DNA from: Guillardia theta CCMP2712
Lineage: Eukaryota; Protista; Cryptophyta
Direction: 5' to 3'
DNA: 64,000 nt
Assembly: GCF_000315625.1 (NCBI RefSeq)
Contig: NW_005434487.1
Span: forward strand, 1 to 64,000
Shown: in pieces, positions 11,991 through 24,500 of the stretch
Position numbering within the stretch: position 1 is the stretch's first letter
Layout: each line of letters starts with the position of its first letter
Position numbers and translations under genes: made by a program
The notes under the pieces: model-generated
Database searches by the model: none
What the model was told of the DNA's origin: nothing
Seen by the model: only the letters and a program-made list of their open reading frames with translations

Positions 11991-13434
11991 TGTGCAATGA
12001 GGTATCAACAACAAGCCCTTTGCAGTCGAGAGTCAGTGCTCCAGAAGAATAACGACCCTCTTCAGACGATGTCACTCATACAAAGCCTATACAGTTCAGT
12101 CTTGTTCACGGGATGTGATATCAGAAGCGCAAGTCCTGTTCAAGAAAGGAACATTTCTAACTTCTGATTGCGAGATCGACTTTCGGTAAACTTCTGCAAG
12201 GGCAACAAAACTCCCTTCAATAGTTCAAACTATACTGAGGTACAAGGGGAGCTTCAGAAGAAACTTTTACAACCACAAGTCATGCACGACCATGGTTGAA
12301 GCAATGTGTGCCAATTTCAACAGGAGCAAAAATATCTGATCAGATGCCAGGAGTTGAACTGCTGCACGTGGGCGCGGCGGGAGGCACCAAAAGGCGCTTC
12401 TCCACCGCGCACCGAGTACCTTTCCTTTTCTCCCTGTTGAGTTTGGAAACTTTTTCAGTACATCAATTCAAGGTCTGTAAATGAGATATCTTGTGGAGAA
12501 AAGCTCCTTTCGATGACCTTGTTTTTCATCGGTCAGTCGATAAACAACCACAACAAAGCAATGCATGCACATCAACTTCAGTGTCTGATATGCAGAAAGA
12601 AGTTGGATTTGCATAGATTGATTCAATGGACTTTGGTTGCAATGAAACAAGATGGAAAGAAACCATGCACTGAGAGTAGACAAGATAATTCATGATTGGT
12701 TCCATTGAATATCAAAATTCAACAAACTTCATACACGAATTTGGGACGCTCACTCTCTTTCCTTCAAGAACGCAACATGATGAGGACATCAAAAGACATA
12801 ATGAAAATGTTATTATCACACGGTATTCAACAACGCGCAATGCATTTTAAGCCGATGCTTCTTCCTTCTTCCAACTCAGCAGCTCGCTCAACTTGCTTGC
12901 TCTGATGCTACTCTCATGTAGAAATGCAGCAAGTGCTGCAGCTGTTTAAGATCGCACAGTTGATCACTACAGCTGTCAAAGAGAGTGCTACGCCAAGTCA
13001 AGTAATACTGATGTACATCTTGAAGCAGCGATCTTGAAGCAGCGCTCGTGCTTGCCTACAAGACATCATCTCATGCTTTCACATCTTTGATGAAACGCTC
13101 CATTCTCATCATGATTCTCTCCGAATCCATGACAGAATTGGCCATTTTCAATGTACTCGGTGTATCGTTCCACATTCATCTCCTGGCTTCTGCTCTGCAA
13201 GATCCTCCCTTCTCCCTCGCCCCCCTCTCTCGTGTCAACCGATCCCCTCTCCTCTCCTCCCTCCTGTTTTGCGGCACCCGGCTGCAACCTGCCATCCTGT
13301 CTCAACCATCTTCGTGTTCCTATCTGTCACTTCCTTCTTCTCATTCTCTCCTCCTTCTCCTCCTCCTCCAGCATTCCCCGCTCCCTCCACTTCGCTCCCG
13401 CCGCCATCCTCCACCTCTCCGCTGCCACGCGCTG

Positions 13435-14060
13435 AACCACCCTACTTCCCCAATTCATGTAAACCACCCCTACCACCTCTGTGGTACCCCATCCATCCAT
13501 CACCCCTTCAACCTTCAAACCACCCTGTCATCTAAGAGTTTAGGTATCACCCTACCCTACCCGAATCGCTTCTCATCAACATACCGAGGGGGTGAAAGTG
13601 TCCTTCAGGTACCCCTACCCTTCAGTGAGTTGCTGAGAACTCAAAATTTACCCACCATATGCAGCACTCAAACACCCCTACCCCCCTTTCAAATTCGCCC
13701 ACCCTTCTTTGGACTTGGAAGTCCTGTACTGAGCAGGTTCTGGTACTAAAGAGATTTCATATTCTATTTGAAATTACATTTCACCTTCAAAATACAGGAT
13801 CATTTGAAAAATACTCGAAATTATGTTATCTGATTTGGAAATTTATATGTCCTTTCCTTGCTTCGATAAAACTGATTCGTAGGTTTCGGCACTAATTTCC
13901 ATGAATTACCTTCAAATTTCAAATCTCTCCGAACGGTACTAGAACTTCTGTACTGATATATATAAGTATGATCTAAATTTAATAGCAATTTTGGAAGGAA
14001 GGGGGTGGGTAGCTAACCGGTGGGGTACCTTTGCATGTGAGGGGGTGGGGTACTTGTTGG
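13435..14060. promoter_or_regulatory. Divergent intergenic cassette 2: ACCCC/TACCC array, AT-rich core, inverted GGGGT array
   Basis: C-strand motifs 13435-13705, AT-rich 13745-13990, G-strand motifs 14000-14055; flanked by pyrimidine (left) and purine (right) tracts; between cyclin and Sfi1-like gene heads. Confidence 0.5.
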
Positions 14061-14471
14061 TAGGATTTTTGGAGCATGCTCAGGCAAGCGTGTGATAACG
14101 ACGAAACATGCGAAGGAGCGACGGAAAGCAGAAGAAGGTGTGCAATGGTTGAAGAAAACATGCTGAGAGCAGGGACATGTTGCTGGATAAATGCTGGGAT
14201 GATCGATTGGAGGACAGGCGGCAGGGAACCGGGATTCATCTGGAGCGGGGATTGAGGGCGAGGGAAAGAAAGAGTGAGATAGTGCTGCGAGAGGAACAGG
14301 GCAGGACTGAACCAGATGGCGGGATCGGTGCTGAATGAAGAGATAAATAAGAGAGCACAGGCCTCGACAAGAAGAAGGGATGACCATGTGGTGGTCGCGG
14401 AGCTCTGATTAGTGGTCGCAGAGAGCTTCAATCGATCGAAAGTGGTAAAAACATCAATGAAGACTTGCAAG

Positions 14472-14526
14472 AGTTTCAAATGGATACTACATTGATGCAG
14501 TTTCAAATGGATACTACATTGATGCA
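14472..14526. repeat. 27-bp perfect tandem duplication
   Basis: AGTTTCAAATGGATACTACATTGATGC x2. Confidence 0.9.
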
Positions 14527-15529
14527 CTAACGCACTGTGCAGGAAGTCATTGTCCACTGTCACAATAGAGACATTCATGATCGCTACAACCCATGTATTT
14601 CGATGAACATGATCAATAAAAGTTCGAGCAGGACCTGATTTCTTTCTGCACGAGAGTCTATAATCTCATCAACGACTCAGCTCACATTTCTTTCAAACCA
14701 TATCATACATGTTATTCGAACTTCTTCATATCAAGGGCCTAAATACAGATCCGTCCGCCCCTTCCGACATGCACAAACAACTCCTCGCTTGCCTCCTCCT
14801 CTTCTTCCCCTTCCCCTTCCCCTTCCTCCTGCCTTCCCTGCTCCTCCAACAACTACTACCATGCCATGCTACTGCTACTTCCCCTGCCTCCTCCCGGCTC
14901 CCACGCCCGACTGGTATTTCCCTTCCCTTGCCGAAACATGCAGGCGTGGAGAACAAGGAAAAAGTGCTTAAAAGTGTTTGGCTACTTCTGGTTAAATTAG
15001 GCATAAAGCTCTTATTATAGAACTTTTTTACTTATAACTCACTAGCGATAAGTGGGAAATTCTTAATTTTAGCGTTATTTTGAGAGGTTGTCATTCAAAA
15101 AACATGGCGGGTGAAATATGAGCATGAAAGAAGGATCAAGAGGTGAGAGAAGGGAGGGAGGGAGGGAGGGAGAGATGGTGCGAGGGAGGCACGGAAGGAG
15201 GAGGAGGAGGAGGAGGAGGAGGAGGAGGAGGAGGAGAGACCGAGACAGAGACCGAGACCGAGACAGAGAGAGAGTGGAGGGAAAGAGCATGGAGGGTATT
15301 GGAGGGATGGGGTGACGAGATGATATGGGAAAGATGGGGCAGAGTTTTGTGAAGAGAAGTTTGAATCAATCAGATCACTGACAAGTAAACAAGCGGAGAT
15401 GAGTCTGGATGTCGAGAGCATGGAGGCAGAGCGCATGATCATATCCAAGCATTGACCATCTTCAACAACTCAGCGCTATCGACAAGATGTGCGGCTCTCC
15501 ATGAGATGATAGACTAGCGGACAACCCTC

Positions 15530-18500
15530 ATGAAGACGGTTTCCGACAAGGATCTGCATGTCCTGCAGGAGATTATCGCACATGCTGAAAGGTGGGATGC
15601 TCTGAACGAACCATGGGCTCAAATGAAATCATGAAAGCTGACTGTCGTGCTGCTAGTTCGACGTCGGTCGTACCGCACGGAGAGCATGGCCAAATGTCGC
15701 TGGCTGATGTAGATGCTGGAGGCCGATTCTATGACGAGGTTGACATGGCTCTTGAAAGGTTCTCAAGAGCTACTCGATCATCTTGAGGAAGCATGGCTTG
15801 TCGCCGTCAGAGGACACGTTCTTCTATCGGTCTCCTCTGAGACTCAATGCACCTGCGCTTACAGATCCCACAGCCTGCTGCTGCAGATGTCCATGGACGG
15901 AAGCGGAGACTGGTGGAGGAGGTAAGGAGGTAGAGGACGTGTGCTGAGGCAGGTGACTGGCTGCAGGTTGGAAGCCGTCTGCAGCAGGACATGCACAGGA
16001 GGAGGAGAGAGGGCGAGGGACAGCACGGGGGTGACGCAAGGTTGAGAGGAGGAGGTGGTCAGAGGTCGTGCTGATTTGGTCGAAGCTTTTCGGAGGATGG
16101 TAACGGAAAGGATTCCTACTCACAACAGAAGGGGCGTGTACGAAGGTAGCGGGCTCGTCGCAGTGCACAGTCGTGGATGGACGAAGAGGTTCAACGACGA
16201 GAACGACATTTCTGTGTACCACGGGAACGCTCAAAATCGCAAGGCGGTGAAGAAGAAGAAAGATGAGAACCAGAGGATGGTCGAGGAGCAGGTGAGCCTT
16301 GTGACGAGGAGGAGGAAGGGGTGAAGAGTTTTCTGCTGCTGTTGAGGGATGTATCCTTGTTGGGGAGGAGGAGCACGAATCGACTGTGATGTTGCAGGCG
16401 CTGGAGAACTGGATGGTTGCAGTGAGTTTCTGGGAGCAATGTCCGTCCTCCTTGTGACCCGGCAGGTGGGTATCATGACTCTGCCTTCAGGCGTCAGCGT
16501 TCGGATCGTCCTCGCATGGAGGACGTTGGTCAGAGAGGCAAAGGAGAAGTTGATGGAACTTTGCTGCTACCTCGATCCGGCCAGCGCGTTTCCTGAGACG
16601 ACGACGATGACGTGGTAGGGAGTGTTGGAGGAGACTTGACGGGAGTGATGTGGCAACGAACAGGATTTTGAGCGTGAAGTTTGTGCAGCTGAACTTGCTC
16701 CACAAGAGGTTGTTGATGTGATATGATGTGATGTGATGTGAGGCCAAGACATGTCATGTCACGTCATGTCATGTCACGTCATTTCATGCGATATGATGAG
16801 CGACATTGGGTTCTCAAGGACGTGTGGTGATAGATGGGCAGGAAAAGCTTGAAGAGAACATTTGATGAGCTCGTGATCAACAAGAAGTTTCAGAAGGAGA
16901 AGATGAGAGAAGCGATCGACATGTCCGGTACGAAAAACTTCTGACATCACCTGAAGTCCTGACATGCTCTTGTTGTTGAAGCTTACCAACGATTGACACT
17001 TTGCTTCTCTTGGATGAAAGTCTGGACGTATGAGTCTTGCTCAATCAAGAACAAGTTTGAGATCGTGTTTGTTCGCCACCTAAGACGAATCGTGTCTTGG
17101 GTAAGAGACTTGTGAAGAATTTTCTAACTCCCTGACGTTTCCTACAGGCTCTATTGTTCTGGATTGAAAATTCTGTGCGGGAGAGAGAAATGGTCCTTGG
17201 GATCAAAAGGTTTCTGCGCGCCAGAAGACGGATGTTGCTGCTCAAGACTTGGGGGGCCTGGGGACCTGAGGGGTTGGTGGGGAAGAAGAAGACATTGCGA
17301 TTGAGATTCCATGAGGTGAGAAGATCGGAGGAGAGGAGCAGGAGCGGGATGACTATGCCTGTGGTGCAGCTGAAAAGAAAGATAGCCAAGAAAGTCTTCA
17401 GGGAAGCCTTCATGGCGATCTCAGAGGATTTGAGTGAACAAGCAATCTTTGCTGAACATGGTGAGGAGGAGAACCCAGATGGTGATCACTTTGTAAAGAC
17501 TTGATGCAGGTAACAAAACAGTGAGAAAGAAGTTCTACAATCAGTGGCTGCAGTACGTGTCTCTAATGTCAGAGGTGATGGACATGTTTGCAAATGGCCA
17601 ACATTCTGATTCTTGCAATCAGAGCAACTTGAAGCTCGAGGAGAAACTCACGGCTGAACAAGGAAAGAGGAGGAGGAGGGTGCTGGAATCATGGAGCAGG
17701 CACGTTGGAAGGATGAAGATGCTGATGGAGAAGTTGGCGACTGCGGAGTTGAAGTTCAAAGTCAAAATTCGGAGGAAACAGCTGAAATCATGGAAGCAAA
17801 AGACTTCTTTCCTGATGCGATTGAAGATGTTTGCCAGAATAGTCAGTCAGCGCCGTGCACAGTCGTACTGTAAAGGAATTCTGACAAGATGGCGCATGTA
17901 TCAACAACTTTACCGTCTTCATATGCAAAAATCCGGTGAGAAACAACAAGTCGTGGGGTATGAACGAGCTGATACAGTACTGCAGCCTCTGCTTGGAATC
18001 ATGAAAGATTTCACCTCCTCCGCCGACATCTGTCGAGGTTCTCAAATTGTCCCATCATCACATCTCATCTCATCTCATCTCATCTCATCTCATCTCCTCT
18101 CCTCTCCTCTCCTCTCCTCTCCTCTCCTCTTACCCTCCTCTCCTTCTCTCTTGTCCTCTTCGTGTTTTCTAGCTCTTCACTCATCCTTCTCAACAGATGG
18201 AGGATGCGGATGAAAATGTTCCTTAAGAGACTGGACAAGTTAGCAGCTGCTGATCGTCAGGTATTGCCTCCCTGTTGCCCTCCTCGTATCGTTTGCTAAG
18301 AACAAGAACAAGATGACAAGATCGTTGTCTTCCAAGTTCTTCAAGCTTTGGATTAATGTGATCTTTTACCTGCGGCTGAAGAAGAAGAGGTACCTTCACG
18401 ACTGAAACTTTCACTTTTGAAAGATTTCTCAGTGTTGATGAGGCAAATTGTCTTTTCATGCTGCCTTGGATTCAGTTTTGGATATCAGAGTTCAGGTTGT

Positions 18501-21500
18501 TTCTCGTTGTCCTTGTTCACTATTCTATCGTAACACGAGAGCAAAGAACTAAACAACGGATGAGAATGAAAGGTCAAACAGTGACTTTGACAAGCGTGAA
18601 GAACCTTTCCAAGAAGGCTTTCAGGTGGTGGAAGAGAGCGAGAGAACAAGGTAACAACCGAATGACAAGCAACAGTTTGACTTTGATCTTTCAAAGGGAC
18701 CATGGAGAGAAAGGAACTTGAGATGAGATTGCAAAGAGCTATCATGATTGTCGAGATGTTCAACTTCTTCACAAGATGGCGCGGTCAAAGAAACGTCAGC
18801 CTGTTCAACGTCAAGAGCATTCTCCGTCGCTGCCTCCGAGCCTGGAAATCACAGACTGCGATATCCTTGTTTGTGTGGATGAGACGAGAAAACTTCACTG
18901 TGAGTACCATAAGATAACGTTCTCCTCCTCCCAACCCCCAACTTCCGCCTCCTCTCCTCGGCTCTCCTCTCCTCTCCTCTCCTCTCCTCTCCTCTCCTCT
19001 CCTCTCCTCTCCTCTCCTCTCCTCTCCTCTCCTCTCCTCTCCTCTCCTCTCCTCTCCTCTCCTCTCCTCTCCTCTCCTCTCCTCTCTCCATTCATCCACT
19101 TCTCATCTCCCCTCCCTTAAGATGGTTTCAACTTACTTCCTCCCGTTTATCAGTTGCTGTTGTTGAGCAAGAGCCTCTACCTATGGAAAGAGATTCTTGT
19201 GCATCAACGCAACTTGAAGCAACTTGTGAACAATGTGGAAGAATTTTCGATGATGAAGACAACGAACAGGTCAGGACAAATGAAGTCACCCAAATGACAT
19301 GAGATATTGTGAAGAGATTTCTTTCTGTTTGTCTTACGTGAATTTTCTTCTTTCAACGTGAATTTCACACTTTGTTCAGATTCTTCTCCTCTTGGCTTCA
19401 TGTTTTCCATGTGAAGACTTCGCATGCGATGATCGTCGACAGCGCCTTGAGAGCAAAAGAAGGGAAGACTCGCTCGGCGTGTTTGGAGTTCTGGAAGATT
19501 TACATTATGACGAATGTGAGATGAAGATGCTCGGGAGAGTTATGTTTATGGAGTTGATGATTGAGATTGAGATGATGATAATGATGGTGATGATGGTGAT
19601 GTTAATTATTTAGATGGTGGTGGTGGTGATGATGATGATGATGGATACGAATATGTTGCAAACAAACGGTGTTGTTAGTAGTGGTGATGACGATGATGAT
19701 TATTTTCATGTTGTGAATTTAAAACTTATTGTCTTTCCTTCAGAAACGTCGTTTTTTCCGTGTCCGTCAAATCTTTTCACTTCGAAGGCCAAGAATTCTG
19801 AGAAAGCAGGTGCTAATCAGTCATGCCATGACCAACAATGTCTGCCGATCATGTCATGAAGTCTATTGTTCATCTTTTTCATCTTCTCAACAGTCGATCA
19901 GACCTCAACCTGACTTGGTTGTCAGTTCATGTATTGGATGGATATGGTCGACATGTCAAAGAGAGCTTCAGTACTCTGCAGCCTGCATGAGAATCGGCGG
20001 ATGAGAGAAATTTTCACCGGCCTCGCCCGCGCCACGTTGAGAAGAAGAGAACTGTCTAGTTGCATTCTTGTACTCGTTGCAAAGAGGTGCAGGAATCGAG
20101 TGATCCGAATGTTTTGCTGCTGGAAAGAAGTAATTCCTCATGTCCGCAAGTTGTTGTTTGCAATGATTGTAATGTTTACAGCACATTCGTTACCTCGCAC
20201 AACTTGTGGTGATCAAGCATTCTTTGTCAAAGTCCTGGAAGGTGAACACGAAGGGACGAGTTGTCTTTCTCCAACCTCTTTGCAGGTCTTCTGCATGAAA
20301 GAAGCCTTTCTCACGATGTTCCGACAAGTATGAACAAGTGTTGAGACACTGTCAATCATGACTTGATGTCTGCAGGTGAAGGAGAAGCTTGATAAGCAGA
20401 CAAAACTTTCATGTTTGCTGCGAGCCCGCGATTTCTCCCTGAAATTTCGATGTTTCGGGAGGTTTGGCTGGAGCGGAATCACCAGGTGAGAGGAAAAGAG
20501 GAGGGCAAGAACGAGAGGGGAAGACGAACAGGTATCTGTGATGAGAAGAAGAGGATGATGAGAGAAGACATGATGAGAGGATAGGAGGCATCACAGGATT
20601 TGCTGGATTTCCCACGTGAGATGATTTGATTCACTTCTGTTCACTTGCAGACGAAACAAGAACCTTTCCGTCGCCTCATACGCAACGAGCGCACAACGTA
20701 ATCACAATGTGAAGAGGAGGATGCTGCAGCTGTGGTGGACCGTCTTCAACACGAAGAGACAAGAACGACTAGAGGTCAGGTGCTGTTTGTTTTTCTTTCT
20801 CGTCTTGAAGTCTCTTTTGCAGGTACAAAACTTGGCGGCAAAGTTTGCAGAGGTGGAAAGCAAGAATTCTGCCTCTTTCATCGTCTTGACACCCTCTCAG
20901 CGTCGACAAGTCGAAATCTGGAACAAGATCGCTGCTGAGTTTCAGTTGCACGAGAATGTCAGTTGGAAAGTTTGCAGACTTTGAAGGTGTTGAGATGCAA
21001 GTGACAGGAGGAGAGAATCGATCTGCGCAAGAAATCGTCCAAGATGCAGTGAGTTGTGAACATTCCTGCGTTCTGGGAAGAATGAAGTTGTTCTTTGATA
21101 GAAACGTCTTCGTTGCATTCAAGAAGGCAACTCTGTTTCAAGTTGTCACAACAGCGCTCAAGCTGCAGTCTGTTCTTGTTCTGAAGCAATGGATCATTTC
21201 GCACAAACACCTTTTCTCCAGAGATCCTGCATTCTTCCAGGTCCTCTTCAAGATGAGATTGCTGAAGGTAAGCATTGCCCTTGACATTCGACAACATGAT
21301 AATGATCGAGATACATTCATCTCATTGTCGAATCTCGGATGTGATTGATGAGATGACTTGTCAACAGGCGATGAGAAGTTTGTTCTCGTGGCATGACATC
21401 ACCGTCAAGACAAGGGAGTGCAACCTTATGATCAACAGACACCTGAGGTCTTGCTCTTCTGACTCCTCACATATCAATGACTTCTGATCAGCGTGTTGGC

Positions 21501-24500
21501 TGTTGAGAACTTGCGAAGATGGAAGGCAACATGTCGTCTGCTACAATCAGAACGGGAGAAGCTTGCGGAGGCTGAGAATGTGAAGGAGAAATGTAGAGAT
21601 GAGAGACTGAAACATGTCAACAGGTCCTCAGCGTGATCAAGTTGAACTTGTCTTGTGCATGGTGGCAGCGGTGGGTTCAGAGGAGATGTAGCTTCAAGAA
21701 ACTTGAAACGAGAAGTCTCATGAGGAACTTGGAACAAACTGTGAGAGAGTGGAAGGCATGCTCAAGAATACTGAAAGGTTGTTCACCCCTCTTCCCTCCT
21801 CCCCTCCCCCTGCTCCTCTCCCCTCTCCTCTCCTCTCCTCTCCTCTCCTCTCCTCTCCTCTCCTCTCCTCTCTCTTTCTCTGTGCAAGTCCTTGTGTCTA
21901 ACGTTGTAACAGGCTGCAATCACATCCGTGAACGTGTGGAGAGGAGAGAAGAAGCAGAGTTCTTCCTCCAATGGAAGTCGACAACAACCCTCGCGCGAGT
22001 TCAGACCGACTCTGCTCTCCAGTCCCTCCTCCTCCGTCGCCCTCCCTTGCTGAGCCTGACAGTGCGGCCGGTGATGGAAGCCTTGGTTGAGCTCGTGAGG
22101 AGGAGGAGGAGAAACCTGGGCAAGGTCCGATGGATGAGAAATCAAGTCGACAAGAAACTCTGTCGGGTCGTCTTCCTTGTATGGAAGGGTTTCTCACGCT
22201 TCGCACGGTATTCCTGTCCGCTCTCTACCTCTACCTCTACCTCTACCTCTACCTCTACCTCTACTCTAACTCTACTCTACCTCTACCTACTCTACTCGCT
22301 ACCTACACTTCTCTACCTTTTCTCTACCTCTACTCTTCTCTCTCTCTTCCTCTCACGATCTTGCAGGGTCGTAGGTCATCTCCTCCACCACAAGTGGAAC
22401 AGCAGGCGGCAGCTCGTGCTGCGGGCATGGAGGGAGGTGACGGCAAGCCGGAGGTTGCTGCGAGCGACAGAGCGAGCATGGCGGAGCTCCCTGCAGCACA
22501 AGCTCATCGCTGCTCCTGATCCTCCCCCTCCTCTCCTGCTCGCTATGGAGGCTCTCGCCTGGATCGCAGGAGGAGGAGGAAGCGGGTGGTGCCACGTGGT
22601 GATGGGCAGTGGGGAGGAGGAGGGAACGAGAGCGGCGGCGAGCATGAGCATGACACTGTTCATGTGGTGGTGGAAAGTTACCAGGTCACAACAGATTGTT
22701 TTGCGCTCTCTCAGCATTATCTGCTTCTGTGAATTCTTGTTATCTTGATCTGTGTTGGTGAATTTCATTCAATCTTGAATTTTATTTTTGAATGCGTTGT
22801 TGTGTTTGCTATTGCCAGTGTTGTTGTGTTTGTTATTTGTTCTCCTCTCTCCTCACTCTTTCTCTCCTCAGGTTCTTGCTAGTAGACATGTCTTTGGCAA
22901 TGGCGCATGAGAAGACAAGAGCCGTTTCGTCTCCCGACAGACAGTACAAGACCATGATCTCCAACATCTCTCGCGCCATCAACACTTCTTCCCTGCTGAT
23001 CGAACCAGATGACATGATGGTGAAGAGAAAGTTTGTCATGGTTGCAGCTGATGTCATGTGATGTGAGAGGAAGTGAATAACTTGCAGGTCTCAGGTCGAC
23101 GATCGTGCTACTCGCTCACCTTCTTCTGTCTGGGACGTTGGAGATGTGCAGTCAAAGGCCTACAGAAGAAAGAGACGTGAGCAGTCGAGCAAGCTGTTGT
23201 TTTACATGTTGTTCATACATTCTTCGAGCTGATGTTTCATACGTTCTTCAAGCTGTTGTTTTACATGTTGTTCAAGCTGTTGTTTTACATGTTGTTCAAG
23301 CTGTTGTTTTACATGTTGTGCAAGCTGTTGTTTTACATGTTGTGCAAGCTCTTGTTTTACATGTTGTGCAAGCTGTTGTTTTACATGTTGTTCAAGCTGT
23401 TGTTTTACATGTTGTGCAAGCTGTTGTTTCATACATTCTTCAAGCTGTTGTTTTACATGTTGTGCAAGCTGTTGTTTCATGTGACTTTCATTCCTGTCTC
23501 GTGTCTTGATGGTCTTGTCGTGTACACTCTTTTCTTCTCGTCTTCTTGTTTGTGACTTGTTTCTGTCGCTGACGATCACTATCAGTCTGCGGCGCAAATG
23601 TCTGTCCTTCGCAACCACCTTGCGAAAGACGCGCGTGGTGGGTGGGATGAAGTATAATTTGATGAGCTGCTTGTGGAAGAGAGGTGAAGCAGATCAGAAC
23701 AAGACGTTGTCTTCGGGGGCAATGACAAGATGTCTTGCCAGATTTTGCCAAGAGAGTCAAACAAGCGTGGACGAGATATTGTTTGCGAGGTCAAGAGGAA
23801 ACGATTGTTCGTTGAGTTCACGAGATGTGGCAGAAATCTTGAAGTTCTGGAAGATTCTAAAAGAGGTGGAGATGTATCAATCGACGATGAAACACAAGAC
23901 GCTTGTCAACATGGTTTGCCAATGGAATCTTGTTTCCAAGACTTTGGTGAGATGTTGTTCAGTGGTTGCTGTTGTTTGATTTCATTCTGTTGTGCTGTTG
24001 ACTGTGTCGATGATCAGTAAAATATCTGTTCGTGTTGTTGTGATCAGTACGTGTCTTGCTCTGTTCCTTTCTGTTGCTGATGCTGGTGACTTGTGGGATG
24101 AACTTGCAGTCGGCAATCAAGCGTTTGAAGCACAAACTCTTCTCTCGGAGGCATATCAGGCTACCGCTGTTGTACTGGTCGTTAGAGGTGATGATGGAGA
24201 GAGAGGAGGAAGGGGTTAACAATGTTGCTGATGATCGAGAGAGAGAAGACAAGGAGGGCAATGTTGTTGTTGCAGCTGATGAGCTTTTCGGTTGCAGACG
24301 AAGAGGTTGCAAGAGATACGACACCTTCTCTCCTTCGTTCGTTACTCTCTCTTCTGTGCTCTTCCATTCTTAATTCGCTCACGTGCAGGCGAAGAAACGG
24401 AAATCCTTCGCGTTCATGAAGGACGTTTTCGTGGAGTTGAGGGTTTGGACCCCAAGGCTGAGAAGAGGAGCCATGTAAGATGTCTTGCTCTTTACTTCCT

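Noticed and set aside
12296-13150. Short ORFs including a CxxC (QCLICRK)
   Set aside because: No coherent spliced model or domain found; possibly UTR or non-coding
13737-13945. MITE with short TIRs
   Set aside because: The inverted match is only 9/11, there is no target-site duplication and no second copy in the window; kept only as part of the cassette finding
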